In this document: positions 52,762-61,875 of the stretch, one piece after another
Numbering within the stretch: the first letter of the stretch is position 1
How the letters are laid out: each line of letters begins with the position of its first letter
DNA from: Bryobacterales bacterium
GTDB lineage: Bacteria; Acidobacteriota; Terriglobia; Bryobacterales; Bryobacteraceae
DNA: 64,000 bases
Assembly (NCBI GenBank): GCA_009697455.1
Contig: SHUI01000001.1
Span: 2,679 to 66,678, forward strand
Reading direction: 5' to 3'
Notes under the pieces: generated by a model
Told to the model about the DNA's origin: nothing
Database searches by the model: none
What the model saw: only the letters and a program-made list of their open reading frames with translations
Translations under genes and position numbers: made by a program

Positions 52762-55136
52762 CGGCCCTGCCGCGCTTCGATGTCCTCACGGAGGACCGCA
52801 ATCAATCGTGGAGAACCTGCAAAGAGATTTTCCGGAAATCGGAGGCCGGACGAGATCATCCGGTCATAGATGACATCGGACAGAAAGAGATTCAAACCCC
52901 TTCCCGCCAGGTATTGCAGGCGCATGTTGGCGTCGCGATTGATCGCGGCGTCCTTGAGCCACGACGCGAGATCGGAACGCTGTCCCGCGTACGTGCCAAG
53001 CAAATCGAGCGCCGAAGCGATATTGACCTCGCGCAACGACTGCGCAGCGCGCGCGTACTGCGGGCTGCGGAGGCGCTCTTCAATTCTGTCGACATTGATC
53101 GGCGCCGGTTCGGCCTGCCCGAGCAGGACCAAGTCATATCCCAGCGTGCCGAGGGTATTCGCGAAAATGGCGCCATCGGGGAATACCTCGAAGAATGTCG
53201 CGACTTCGCTTTTGATCGCTTCCTCGGTGCTCTCGTAGAGTTGCACGAATACGGTCACCACCCCGCCGGGTTTCAGATGCGCCTTTGCCAGTTCGAAAAA
53301 CTCGCGTGTATAGAGGGCGGCGGCGCCTTTGACCCACGGGTCCAACGGATCAGAGGTGATGCCGTCGAACTTTTCGCCGGTCGTCAGCAGGTAGTGACGT
53401 CCGTCGTCGATGTGCACGGTGACCTTCGGGTTTCGAACGACGTCGTAATTCTGTTCACCGAAGTACCTCGCGGCCACTTCCGGAACGAGAGGCTCGATTT
53501 CGGCGATGACGATCCGCTCCGCCTCCGGGTTGATGCTTACAGCCCCCGCGGTGACGCCGGCGCCGCAGCCGATCACCAGAAAGGACCGGGGGGTTTCCGG
53601 CAGCAGCGTCGTCAGGTGCCCGAGCATCCGTTGAAGGCGCATATCCTGGGGATAGCTGGATGCCTGGATTTTGCCGGCATTGTGATAACTCAACATTCCG
53701 TTGGGATCTCGCGTCACCGCCACCGAAGCGGTAAGACCCTCGCCCGCATAAACAACTTCAGCCGTTCCAGTCAGCGACGGAAGAAAACGGCCGAAGGCGA
53801 TGAATTCACCCGAAACCCGGGGGACGCTCCAGGCAAGCAAAAGGGCGCAGAAGACCGCCACGGCCATCACGACAAGATGGCGTCGCCCCCACATCAGGGT
53901 GCCCGCAATGGCGGAAATGACGATCAGCAACTGCTGCACATGCCCGGTGCCCATCCAGGAGACGAAAATGAGGCTCGCGCCGAGAGCTCCGGCAATTGCG
54001 CCGATGGTGTTGGCCGCAAGCACACCGCCGACGAGCCGTCCCGGATCCTCGCCGCGCGAGGCCACGGCGGCCAGCGCCAGTGGAAAGCTGGCTCCCCAGA
54101 GGCAGGCGGCCGGCAGCACGGCCCAGATCGAACGGAACAGGTCCAGTTGAAAGTTGAGCCACGGGTTCCGCGTTATCGATGGATCGACCGGCCAGTAAGG
54201 CAGGGACTCCGTTACCGTCCAGGCGGCCCAGGCGATGGTTACACACAGAAGAAACTGGCAAAGCCCTAAAACCCATCGTGCGCTGTCCAGCCGCCGCGCG
54301 ATGGCGGCGCCGGCACAACTGCCGATGCCCAGGCCCATCAGAAACACGGCCAGTATGAGTGAAAACGTGTAGACCGTGGCTCCAAACAGGAGCGACAGAT
54401 GACGCGTCCAAATGACTTCGGCCGCAAGGGCCGTCATGCCGGAAAGCGCAATCGTTACGTATACGGGCCATGTACGGGCAGGTATCCGTCTCGCGTCGTC
54501 GATGGAAGGGAAGGTTGCGGCGGAACCGGATTGCTTATACGGCGCCGAGCGTGCGATGAGAAAACCCGCGGCCGCCACCGCCACATTGATGACCACGCCG
54601 ACGAAGGTTGCGACGGTGACGTCGTAGAAACGAAGCAGATAGAAACCAGCCAGCATGCTTCCGGCGACAGCGCCGGCGATGTTGCCGCCGTAAAAGAATC
54701 CCATCCAGGAGACGCCGTTCGGCGTTGCTTCGACCCATCGCGCGATTGCCGGCAGAGTGGCTCCCATCAACACAGTTGGAGGCAAAAGGCAGACGGCGGC
54801 GACCACGCTGCGCAGAACGATACCTGGCCATCCCGGTCCGGCCCAGGAGCTATACACTCCCCCGATGAGCGGCATGACGTAGAGAATCGCCAATGCGATA
54901 CCGGCTGTGCCGATCTCCAGGACGGCATACACACGGAGCGGATGGCGGATTGGAGAGATAACTCTCGGGAGCGCCAGGCTGCCCAGACCCATCCCTCCCA
55001 TGAACGTTCCCAGTAAGACTCCCAGGGAGACCGAAGACGATCCGATGACGAGTCCGAGGATCTGGAACCACACGACTTCGTAGATCAGCGCCGCACAACC
55101 ACTGCCGATAAACAACAGAACCAGGGCTCTATGCAC
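52758..55136 (-). CDS. Fused MFS-like membrane domain / spermidine-synthase-like protein
   Basis: It is a paralogue of the downstream gene (FLVIGCGAGVTAGAVSINPEAERIVIAEIEP...DGITSDPLDPW). The GTG start at 55136 was chosen by alignment with the paralogue N-terminus. ORF-track residues upstream (to 55220) are translated repeat element. Confidence 0.85.
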   Translation of the reverse strand: MHRALVLLFIGSGCAALIYEVVWFQILGLVIGSSSVSLGVLLGTFMGGMGLGSLALPRVISPIRHPLRVYAVLEIGTAGIALAILYVMPLIGGVYSSWAGPGWPGIVLRSVVAAVCLLPPTVLMGATLPAIARWVEATPNGVSWMGFFYGGNIAGAVAGSMLAGFYLLRFYDVTVATFVGVVINVAVAAAGFLIARSAPYKQSGSAATFPSIDDARRIPARTWPVYVTIALSGMTALAAEVIWTRHLSLLFGATVYTFSLILAVFLMGLGIGSCAGAAIARRLDSARWVLGLCQFLLCVTIAWAAWTVTESLPYWPVDPSITRNPWLNFQLDLFRSIWAVLPAACLWGASFPLALAAVASRGEDPGRLVGGVLAANTIGAIAGALGASLIFVSWMGTGHVQQLLIVISAIAGTLMWGRRHLVVMAVAVFCALLLAWSVPRVSGEFIAFGRFLPSLTGTAEVVYAGEGLTASVAVTRDPNGMLSYHNAGKIQASSYPQDMRLQRMLGHLTTLLPETPRSFLVIGCGAGVTAGAVSINPEAERIVIAEIEPLVPEVAARYFGEQNYDVVRNPKVTVHIDDGRHYLLTTGEKFDGITSDPLDPWVKGAAALYTREFFELAKAHLKPGGVVTVFVQLYESTEEAIKSEVATFFEVFPDGAIFANTLGTLGYDLVLLGQAEPAPINVDRIEERLRSPQYARAAQSLREVNIASALDLLGTYAGQRSDLASWLKDAAINRDANMRLQYLAGRGLNLFLSDVIYDRMISSGLRFPENLFAGSPRLIAVLREDIEARQGR

Positions 55137-55182
55137 AGGCCCGATTATGATCGCGTCGGACAGGGTCCGGGAAAGGAAAACG

Positions 55183-55761
55183 TATTCCCCTCCTCGCAGA
55201 GGGGGGTGGATGCGCATCAAGAAAATGCTGCGAAGCGGCCTTTGAATGCGCAGACGGGGTGGTCATTCAAGATTCATTTTTACCAAGCTTCTTCCGGATC
55301 TCCTCCAACACGCCGTCGAGGTCCCGGTACACCTTCTTGTTTTCAAATCGAACTACATGGATTCCTCGCTCCTCCAGATACTTCGTCCGCAGGGTGTCGT
55401 ACTCACCAGCCGCCGGACCGAAGTGCGGCGCCCCGTCCAATTCGACAACGACGCGACTTTGCGGACAAAAAAGTCGACAATGTACGGACCTATGCTCGAC
55501 TGCCGGCGAAATTTTTTCCCGTCAAGTTGGCGATTTTTCAGATGTGTCCACAGGACAGCCTCAGCTGCAGTTGAGGAATTGCGGAGTTCCTTCCGGTGTT
55601 CTCCCTTGCTTGTAACGTTGTAGATCCCGCGCTTGTGCTCAGTCACGAAAGACCCTGAGCAAGCTGGTCGCCAGAATGACCACCCCGTCTGCGCTCTCAA
55701 AGGTGGCTTCGCAGCATTTTTCTTGATGCGCAGCCACCCCTCCTCTTCGAGGAGGGGAATA
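55183..55761. mobile_element. Full-length family-1 element carrying a DUF559 endonuclease gene in its central loop
   Basis: The outer hairpins (55183-55212 and 55733-55761) and inner arms (55248-55268 and 55674-55694) are the same as in the short copies. About 400 bp of coding sequence replaces the short loop. Confidence 0.8.
55267..55646 (-). pseudogene. DUF559 (Vsr-like PD-(D/E)xK endonuclease) gene with a 1-nt frameshift at an A6/T6 run
   Basis: It starts at GTG: VTEHKRGIYNVTSKGEHRKELRNSSTAAEAVLWTHLKNRQLDGKKFRRQSSIGPYIVDFF. After re-reading one T at 55467-55472 it continues CPQSRVVVELDGAPHFGPAAGEYDTLRTKYLEERGIHVVRFENKKVYRDLDGVLEEIRKKLGKNES*. The joined 126 aa match the DUF559 pattern (LW..L..R...G.KFRRQ..IG.YIVDF.C....L.IELDG..H). 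Confidence 0.7.
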
Positions 55762-55766
55762 ATGGA

Positions 55767-55796
55767 TTGACTCTCTTAATCGCTGAAGCTTAGTAT
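55767..55796 (+). promoter_or_regulatory. Candidate sigma70-type promoter of the Oar-like receptor gene
   Basis: TTGACT (55767-55772), an 18-nt spacer, then TAGTAT (55791-55796), about 50 nt upstream of ATG 55846. A near-identical layout precedes the paralogue at 61793-61821. Confidence 0.35.
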
Positions 55797-55845
55797 CGTC
55801 AACAATTGGAGTAACTATAAGAAAAATTGGAATGTTGGAGGAGAA

Positions 55846-58800
55846 ATGAAACGCATTTTGACGGTTTTGTTCATCGCATTCATGGGCACGGTGGTGACCG
55901 CCACCGACGGCCTGGCGCAGGCAACCGCACAGATCAGCGGCGCCGCCCGGGATCAGAGCGGCGCGGTATTGCCGGGCGTGGAAGTGACTGTAACGCAAAC
56001 CAGCACCGGCGTGATCCGCACGACGGTGTCGAATGAAACCGGAGCCTATGCGCTGCCGAATCTGGCGCTGGGTCCTTATCGGTTGGAGGCAAGCCTGCCG
56101 GGTTTCCGCGCGTTTGTGCAGACGGGAATTGTTCTGCAGGTGAGCAGTAACCCGGTGATCAACGTGACTCTGGAGGTCGGGCAGGTCACCGAACAGGTCG
56201 AGGTCCAGGCCAACGCCTCCCTGGTCGAGACGCGGAGCGTGAGCGTCGGTCAGGTTATGGAGACTGAACGCATCATGGAACTGCCGCTCAACGGACGCAA
56301 CGTTCAAGAGTTGCTGGTGCTGTCCGGCGGGGCCGTCCAGGTTACCCCGGGAGCCGGCGGCCGGAGTTTTCCAGGCAGGATGGTGATCTCGAGCGCCGGC
56401 GGCCTGGGGTTTGCCACCGACTACAACCTGGACGGGATGCGCCACGTGAGTTCGTATGACGGCTGGCCTCTTCCGCTTCCTTTCCCGGATGCGCTTGCGG
56501 AGTTCACGGTGGAGACCGGCGGGTTATCGGCCCAGAAGGGGCGGGCATCCTCGGTCGGCGCGGTGACGAAGTCCGGAACGAACGCCTATCACGGCGATCT
56601 GTTCGAATTTGTTCGTAACGATCTGTTCAATGCACGGAACTACTTTGCGATCAAAGGGAGCACGCTGAAACGCAATCAGTACGGCGGCACCATCGGCGGA
56701 CCGATTCTTAAGAACAAGCTCTTTTTCTTTGCCGGTTACCAGGGCACGACCCTTCGCCAGGATCCAAACGATGTGACGGCTTTCGTTCCCACCGCCGCGA
56801 TGCTCGCAGGCGACTTTACGACCTTTGCGTCTCCGAGTTGCAACGCGGGACGGCAGATTACATTGAGGGCGCCCTTCGTCAACGACCGGGTTGATCCTGC
56901 GCAGTTCAGTCCGGCGGCGCTGAATCTCACCAGCCGCCTTCCGAAGGCGACCGATGATTGCGCCCAGATCGTCTACGGCACGAAAAGCGTTTCCGACGAG
57001 GGGCAGCTTGTGGCGAAGATGGACTATCAGAAGAGCGACAAGCATTCCCTGTTCGGGCGTATGGTGTACGGCTTCTCCAACACCCCGTCCCCGTTCGATT
57101 TCACGCCGGACAACGTGTTGAACGCGTCGCAGGATTCGCGGGCCAAAGCCTATATGTTCACTTTCGGCAGCACCTATCTGATCAGCCCCACGATGATCAA
57201 CGCGTTTCGTCTGGGGTTCAATGCGACAGACAACACCGAGGGAAACCCGGCATTCTTCGACGGCAGTGACATCGGCGTGAAGAATTTCTACAGCTATCAA
57301 AAAGGAATGATCAACCTCAGTGTGAGCAATGGGTTTGCAGTCTCTGGCAACCCGCGCATCTCAAGAGGTTTCGATTACCAACTCAACGATGACGTGAGCG
57401 TCAGCCGGGGTACGCATCAATTGGGCTTCGGCATGTTCGCCGCACACCACCGATCCAATTCAGTTGCCAATGTCCGGTCCTCGGGCAACTTTACGTTCAA
57501 TGGCCAGACGACCGGGGCGGGACTGGCGGATTTCCTGCTGGGGCGGCTGAGTGACTTCAACCAGGGCGATGCCAATTTCCACAATGCCCGGGTGAATTAC
57601 ATTTCGGCGTACGGGGCGGACGTGTGGCAGGTGAAACCACGGCTGACGTTGAATTATGGCCTGCGCTGGTCTCCCGTACTCCCAATCATGGATTATCGCC
57701 GGCCGATTCCCGCCGCACTCAACTTCGATATCGACCGTTACCGGCGCGGCATCAGGAGTTCGACTTTTGTTAATGCGCCGCCGGGCATGCTGTACATCGG
57801 CGACCAGGGATTTTTGAACAAGAACAATGGGCCGGATGCCGCCAAGCCGCAGGTGGAGGTCTTCAATGCCTATTGGTTCCGTTTTGCGCCGCGGCTCGGT
57901 CTGGCCTGGGATGTAGACGGCAAGGGCCGGACATCCGTCCGCGCGAACTACGCGCTCAGCTTTGTGGAGTACCCGACGTTTTTCCGCCAGGGGACGCAGA
58001 TCGGACAGCAGCCCTGGGGAGCGAATGTCCGCATACTCTCCCCGGCGGGCGGTCTTGACGACCCGTGGCGTGGTGTTGCCGGCGGCAACCCATTCCCCAT
58101 GCGGCTGGATAAGAACGCGCCTTTTGCGCCGCAGGGTGACTATATGGTCACCGAACCGGATCTGCCTCCCACTTACAGCCAGTCGTGGAACCTCAGCGTT
58201 CAGCACGAGGTTGTTCCGGGCACGCTGGTTTCGGCGAGTTATCTGGGCACTCTCGTTATCCACCTGCAGGCTTCCGAGTCGCTCAATCCGGCCGTTTTCG
58301 TCCCTGGCGTCGGCAACGCCAGCGGGAACTGCTTCCTCAACGGCAGCGCCGTGTACTACACAGTTACTCCGGGCGCTGCCTGTTCCACGCTCGCGAATAC
58401 TCAGTCTCGGCGGAAGTTGAGCTTCGAGAACCCGGCATTCAGGACTGAGATCGGCAGGTTCGGGCACCTTGTGTTTGGTGGCACGCAGAACTACCACGGC
58501 ATGCTTCTTTCCATCCAGCGCCGCCCCAGCCGCGGCATCACTGTCAATGGCAATTACACCTTGTCCCATTGCATTGGAGACTTTGCCGGAAGGAGCAATT
58601 CCGGAAACAGCCAGAATGTGCTGGACACTTACCAGGACATCAACGACCGCGATCGTGACCGCTCCAATTGCGATTCGGATCAGCGCCACGCTTTCAATTT
58701 GACCACCGTCGCGGAAACGCCGCGCTTTGCCAATCCCACGTTCCGCCTGCTGGCGACCGGATGGCGACTGTCGGGAATTTACAGAAGGTCCACCGGCGGA

Positions 58801-59262
58801 AATCTCGTTGGATCCACGGCGCAGAGCACACCCCGCACCGTGACCGCCGGTACAGCCACTTCCGGCGGATCCGGCTCTGTCGGTTCCGATATCTGCCTGT
58901 GCGACGTCGTCAGCCAGAGACCGAATCTGGCACTGCTGGATGTGTACAAGGACAGGTCCGGCCGTCCGATGAGCCAATGGTTGAACCCGCTGGCATTCGC
59001 GCAGCCGGCTGTAGGCACTCTCGGCACTCTTGGACGCAACACTCTCAGGCTGCCCACGGCGTGGCAGTTCGATGTTGCTCTCTCGCGAGTATTCAAGTTC
59101 CGCGAGACCCAGAGCATGGAGTTCAGGGCCGAGGCGTACAACCTGACGAACAGCTTCCGGCCGGGAGTGATTAACACCAATCTCAGCTCAGGCCAGTTCG
59201 GTCAACTCCGGACCTCTCTGGAGCCGAGGATCATGCAGTTTGCCTTGAAGTATATTTTCTAG
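55846..59262 (+). CDS. Oar-like TonB-dependent outer-membrane receptor with N-terminal carboxypeptidase-regulatory-like domain
   Basis: 1138 aa with a signal peptide. The CarboxypepD_reg segment is ISGAARDQSGAVLPGVEVTVTQTSTGVIRTTVSNETGAYALPNLALGPYRLEA. A plug-like region (ELPLNGRNVQEL) and a long beta-barrel ending ...FALKYIF follow. Confidence 0.85.
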   Translation: MKRILTVLFIAFMGTVVTATDGLAQATAQISGAARDQSGAVLPGVEVTVTQTSTGVIRTTVSNETGAYALPNLALGPYRLEASLPGFRAFVQTGIVLQVSSNPVINVTLEVGQVTEQVEVQANASLVETRSVSVGQVMETERIMELPLNGRNVQELLVLSGGAVQVTPGAGGRSFPGRMVISSAGGLGFATDYNLDGMRHVSSYDGWPLPLPFPDALAEFTVETGGLSAQKGRASSVGAVTKSGTNAYHGDLFEFVRNDLFNARNYFAIKGSTLKRNQYGGTIGGPILKNKLFFFAGYQGTTLRQDPNDVTAFVPTAAMLAGDFTTFASPSCNAGRQITLRAPFVNDRVDPAQFSPAALNLTSRLPKATDDCAQIVYGTKSVSDEGQLVAKMDYQKSDKHSLFGRMVYGFSNTPSPFDFTPDNVLNASQDSRAKAYMFTFGSTYLISPTMINAFRLGFNATDNTEGNPAFFDGSDIGVKNFYSYQKGMINLSVSNGFAVSGNPRISRGFDYQLNDDVSVSRGTHQLGFGMFAAHHRSNSVANVRSSGNFTFNGQTTGAGLADFLLGRLSDFNQGDANFHNARVNYISAYGADVWQVKPRLTLNYGLRWSPVLPIMDYRRPIPAALNFDIDRYRRGIRSSTFVNAPPGMLYIGDQGFLNKNNGPDAAKPQVEVFNAYWFRFAPRLGLAWDVDGKGRTSVRANYALSFVEYPTFFRQGTQIGQQPWGANVRILSPAGGLDDPWRGVAGGNPFPMRLDKNAPFAPQGDYMVTEPDLPPTYSQSWNLSVQHEVVPGTLVSASYLGTLVIHLQASESLNPAVFVPGVGNASGNCFLNGSAVYYTVTPGAACSTLANTQSRRKLSFENPAFRTEIGRFGHLVFGGTQNYHGMLLSIQRRPSRGITVNGNYTLSHCIGDFAGRSNSGNSQNVLDTYQDINDRDRDRSNCDSDQRHAFNLTTVAETPRFANPTFRLLATGWRLSGIYRRSTGGNLVGSTAQSTPRTVTAGTATSGGSGSVGSDICLCDVVSQRPNLALLDVYKDRSGRPMSQWLNPLAFAQPAVGTLGTLGRNTLRLPTAWQFDVALSRVFKFRETQSMEFRAEAYNLTNSFRPGVINTNLSSGQFGQLRTSLEPRIMQFALKYIF

Positions 59263-59273
59263 TTGAAAAGGAG

Positions 59274-59304
59274 TATTCCCCTCCTGGAAAACAGGAGGGG
59301 AATA
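59274..59304. repeat. Solo terminal hairpin of family-1 element
   Basis: TATTCCCCTCCTGGAAAACAGGAGGGGAATA begins 11 nt after the receptor stop codon. It has both element termini and no core. Confidence 0.8.
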
Positions 59305-59403
59305 CTCATGGGAACGAGGCCAACCGCAGCGGCGATTGCGTCCCGCAGTACCCGGAGTATGTTAAGCTTTGCCGAAAATGAACCACATCCTTTAAGGAGG
59401 ACT

Positions 59404-60720
59404 ATGACAAGGAAGACAACCCTCGTCTTTTTGATGTCCATCGCTGCGGTCACGTTTATCTCTACGGCAGCGGTCGCACAGGACCAGGTCACATTCACGA
59501 AGAATGTTGCTCCGATCCTCCAGGACCACTGTCAGGTCTGTCATCGTCCGGACACGATTGCGCCGATGTCGCTGATGACCTACGAACAGTCGCGGCCGTG
59601 GGCGAAGTCTATCAAAGCGAAGGTGCTCTCCCGGGAGATGCCACCCTGGTTCATCGAGAAGAATGTGGGCGTCCAACATTTCAATAACGACTTGTCGTTG
59701 ACAGACGAGGAAATCGCGACCATCGCAAAGTGGGTCGACAGTGGCGCTCCCCAGGGAAATCCGGCCGACATGCCAAAGCCGCGGCAATTTCCGGATGAGC
59801 ATGCGTGGCAGATTGGCCAGCCCGACGTCATTGTAAATCTTTCGAAGGATTTGATCGTGAAGGCCAAAGGGCCCGATATGTGGCCCGACATCACGATTGA
59901 TCCCGGTCTCACCGAGAACCGCTTTATCCAGGCGATTCAGATTATTCCGACCAAGGGCTATCCGAATATCCACCACATCCGAACATCCATGGTGAAACCC
60001 GGTGACACCAGCAACCATGGCGGGGCCGTCGACGGAAACGTAGAGCTCGAGATGACACAGCAAGGCGTCTTTCTCAATGAGTATGCAATCGGAAAGGGTC
60101 CGGACGTATTCAGCGAGGGCGCCGGCCGGTACATCACGGCAGGAACGAAGATCAACTTCGAGCTCCATCTCCATTCGACTGGCACGGAGACTCCGGTCAA
60201 CGTGGTGCTCGGGCTGAAATTCTATCCCAAGGGGTATTTGCCCAGGCACACGGTTACTTCATTGACTGTGGGGGCAAGCGGCATCGACATTCGGCCTGGC
60301 GAGGCGAACGTGCGGTCGGACGGTTATCTGGCGCTGATTAAGCCGACCCGGCTTCTGTCATTCCAGCCTCACATGCACACCCGGGGAAAGGCCGAGTGCC
60401 TCGAAGCGATTTATCCAACCGGAAAAACAGAAACCCTCAGCTGCGCGAAGTTCAATTTTAACTGGATGACGAACTACGTGTATGCCGACGATGCGGCGCC
60501 GCTGCTGCCGGCCGGGACTATCCTGCATTCGATCATGTGGCACGACAACACCCCTGGGAACAGGTTCAATTCCGATCCCGACGCACAGATTACATCAGGA
60601 TTGAGAACTGTGGATGAAATGGGATCCGCATGGATCAGCTATTACTACATGTCGGACGAAGACTTCAAGGCGGAAACCGCAGCTCGCAAAGCGAAACAGA
60701 CGCTCACGAGTCAGCGGTAA
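59404..60720 (+). CDS. Exported CxxCH-motif protein with PHM/DBH-like (copper monooxygenase-type) C-terminal region
   Basis: The start MTRKTTLVFLMSIAAVTFISTAAVAQ has the SD AAGGAGG upstream. It contains VAPILQDHCQVCHRPDTIAPMSL...REMPPW and later FQPHMHTRGKAECLE, which is HxH...M-like. The family assignment is from memory and tentative. Confidence 0.65.
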   Translation: MTRKTTLVFLMSIAAVTFISTAAVAQDQVTFTKNVAPILQDHCQVCHRPDTIAPMSLMTYEQSRPWAKSIKAKVLSREMPPWFIEKNVGVQHFNNDLSLTDEEIATIAKWVDSGAPQGNPADMPKPRQFPDEHAWQIGQPDVIVNLSKDLIVKAKGPDMWPDITIDPGLTENRFIQAIQIIPTKGYPNIHHIRTSMVKPGDTSNHGGAVDGNVELEMTQQGVFLNEYAIGKGPDVFSEGAGRYITAGTKINFELHLHSTGTETPVNVVLGLKFYPKGYLPRHTVTSLTVGASGIDIRPGEANVRSDGYLALIKPTRLLSFQPHMHTRGKAECLEAIYPTGKTETLSCAKFNFNWMTNYVYADDAAPLLPAGTILHSIMWHDNTPGNRFNSDPDAQITSGLRTVDEMGSAWISYYYMSDEDFKAETAARKAKQTLTSQR

Positions 60721-61586
60721 TGGTGAAAAAAATTCTGGGTTGCGCGACGCTTGTTCTGTTCACCACAGGCCTCCTCAGCCTGCACGCTCAGCAGCCCTCG
60801 TTCACTTTTCCCGGAATCCACTTTCCCCGAGGACAAGATGTGAGTCCCACATTCGACGGCTGGGAGAGGAACCCCGACGGGACTCTCTCAATGTGGTTTG
60901 GCTACCTCAACAGAAACACCCAGGAAGAGGTTGATGTGCCGATCGGTCCTGAAAATACTGTCGATCTCGGGAACAGTGATCAGGGCCAGCCGACACACTT
61001 CTATCCGGGCCGAAGATGGTGGGTCTTTAAAGTGGTTGTCCCTAAGGAGTGGCCGGTCGACAAGCGGATCGTATGGACGCTCACCAACAGGGATAGAACG
61101 AATCAAGCCAAGGCCTGGCTGCTGCCAGAATGGGAAGCCGACAAACTGCTGATTTCCGCGGATGGCGCATCGGATCGTTTCCTGATGGTTCTGGGGCGGC
61201 CGATTGCGGAAGCCATCCACGAAGGCGATATCGCCCCCGTCCTCACGCCCATCCCTCCCCAGACCGTTACTTTGCCTGCCACGGCAAAATTAAGAATCAC
61301 GGCCAATGATGACGGGCTTCCGAAACCGCGCGAGGGAGACCGCACCGCGGACGGCAACGTCAGGGGAGCGGTCGAAGGTGTGCGGATCCGATGGATCCTC
61401 TATCGAGGTCCCGGCAAGGTTAAGTTCGATCCGGAGGTGAGTCCCGCTGTTTATGGAAAACCACTCACGGCGGAGACGAACGTGACTTTCAGCATGCCCG
61501 GGAACTACCGGATCCGTGCGATTGCAAGTGACGCGGCGTTGTTTTCGACTTATGACGTCGACGTGAAAGTGAACCCGGGACGATAG
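60720..61586 (+). CDS. Exported hypothetical protein (C-terminal Ig-like region)
   Basis: The start MVKKILGCATLVLFTTGLLSLHAQ overlaps the upstream stop (TAATG). I recognise no named family. Confidence 0.65.
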   Translation: MVKKILGCATLVLFTTGLLSLHAQQPSFTFPGIHFPRGQDVSPTFDGWERNPDGTLSMWFGYLNRNTQEEVDVPIGPENTVDLGNSDQGQPTHFYPGRRWWVFKVVVPKEWPVDKRIVWTLTNRDRTNQAKAWLLPEWEADKLLISADGASDRFLMVLGRPIAEAIHEGDIAPVLTPIPPQTVTLPATAKLRITANDDGLPKPREGDRTADGNVRGAVEGVRIRWILYRGPGKVKFDPEVSPAVYGKPLTAETNVTFSMPGNYRIRAIASDAALFSTYDVDVKVNPGR

Positions 61587-61602
61587 ATTTTTATCCACAC
61601 TG

Positions 61603-61784
61603 TATTCCCCTCCTGGGACAGGAGGGGTGGCTGCGCATCAAGAAAAAGCTGCGAAGCCACATTTGAAAGCGCAGACGGGGTGGTCATTACCGTACGGACC
61701 ACCCCGTCCGCTCCTATCATAAGGATGCCTTCGGCAATATTCTATTAAGGTCGCGTCCACCCCTCCTGTTCCAGGAGGGGAATA
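61603..61784. repeat. Family-1 nested-palindrome element, copy L
   Basis: TATTCCCCTCCTGGGACAGGAGGGGTGGCTGCGC...GCGCAGACGGGGTGGTCATTACCGTACGGACCACCCCGTCCGC...CCACCCCTCCTGTTCCAGGAGGGGAATA. AAGGATGCCTTCGGC right-arm variant. Confidence 0.9.
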
Positions 61785-61792
61785 CCTTTAGC

Positions 61793-61821
61793 TTTGACAG
61801 CAAAATCGCTGGTGAATATCA
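61793..61821 (+). promoter_or_regulatory. Candidate sigma70-type promoter of the second Oar-like receptor gene
   Basis: TTGACA (61793-61798), a 17-nt spacer, then TATCAT (61816-61821). It shares the internal AATCGCTG with the 55767 promoter candidate. Confidence 0.35.
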
Positions 61822-61875
61822 TCGCCAACGTTTGAAAGCCTGGTGGGAATTTCGGCCGCCGTCGAAGGAGGATTG

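Noticed and set aside
57460-58977. 505-aa minus-strand ORF inside the first receptor gene, and 61909-62775 inside the second
   Set aside because: They are antisense to TonB-dependent receptor genes whose N-terminal domains are unmistakable.
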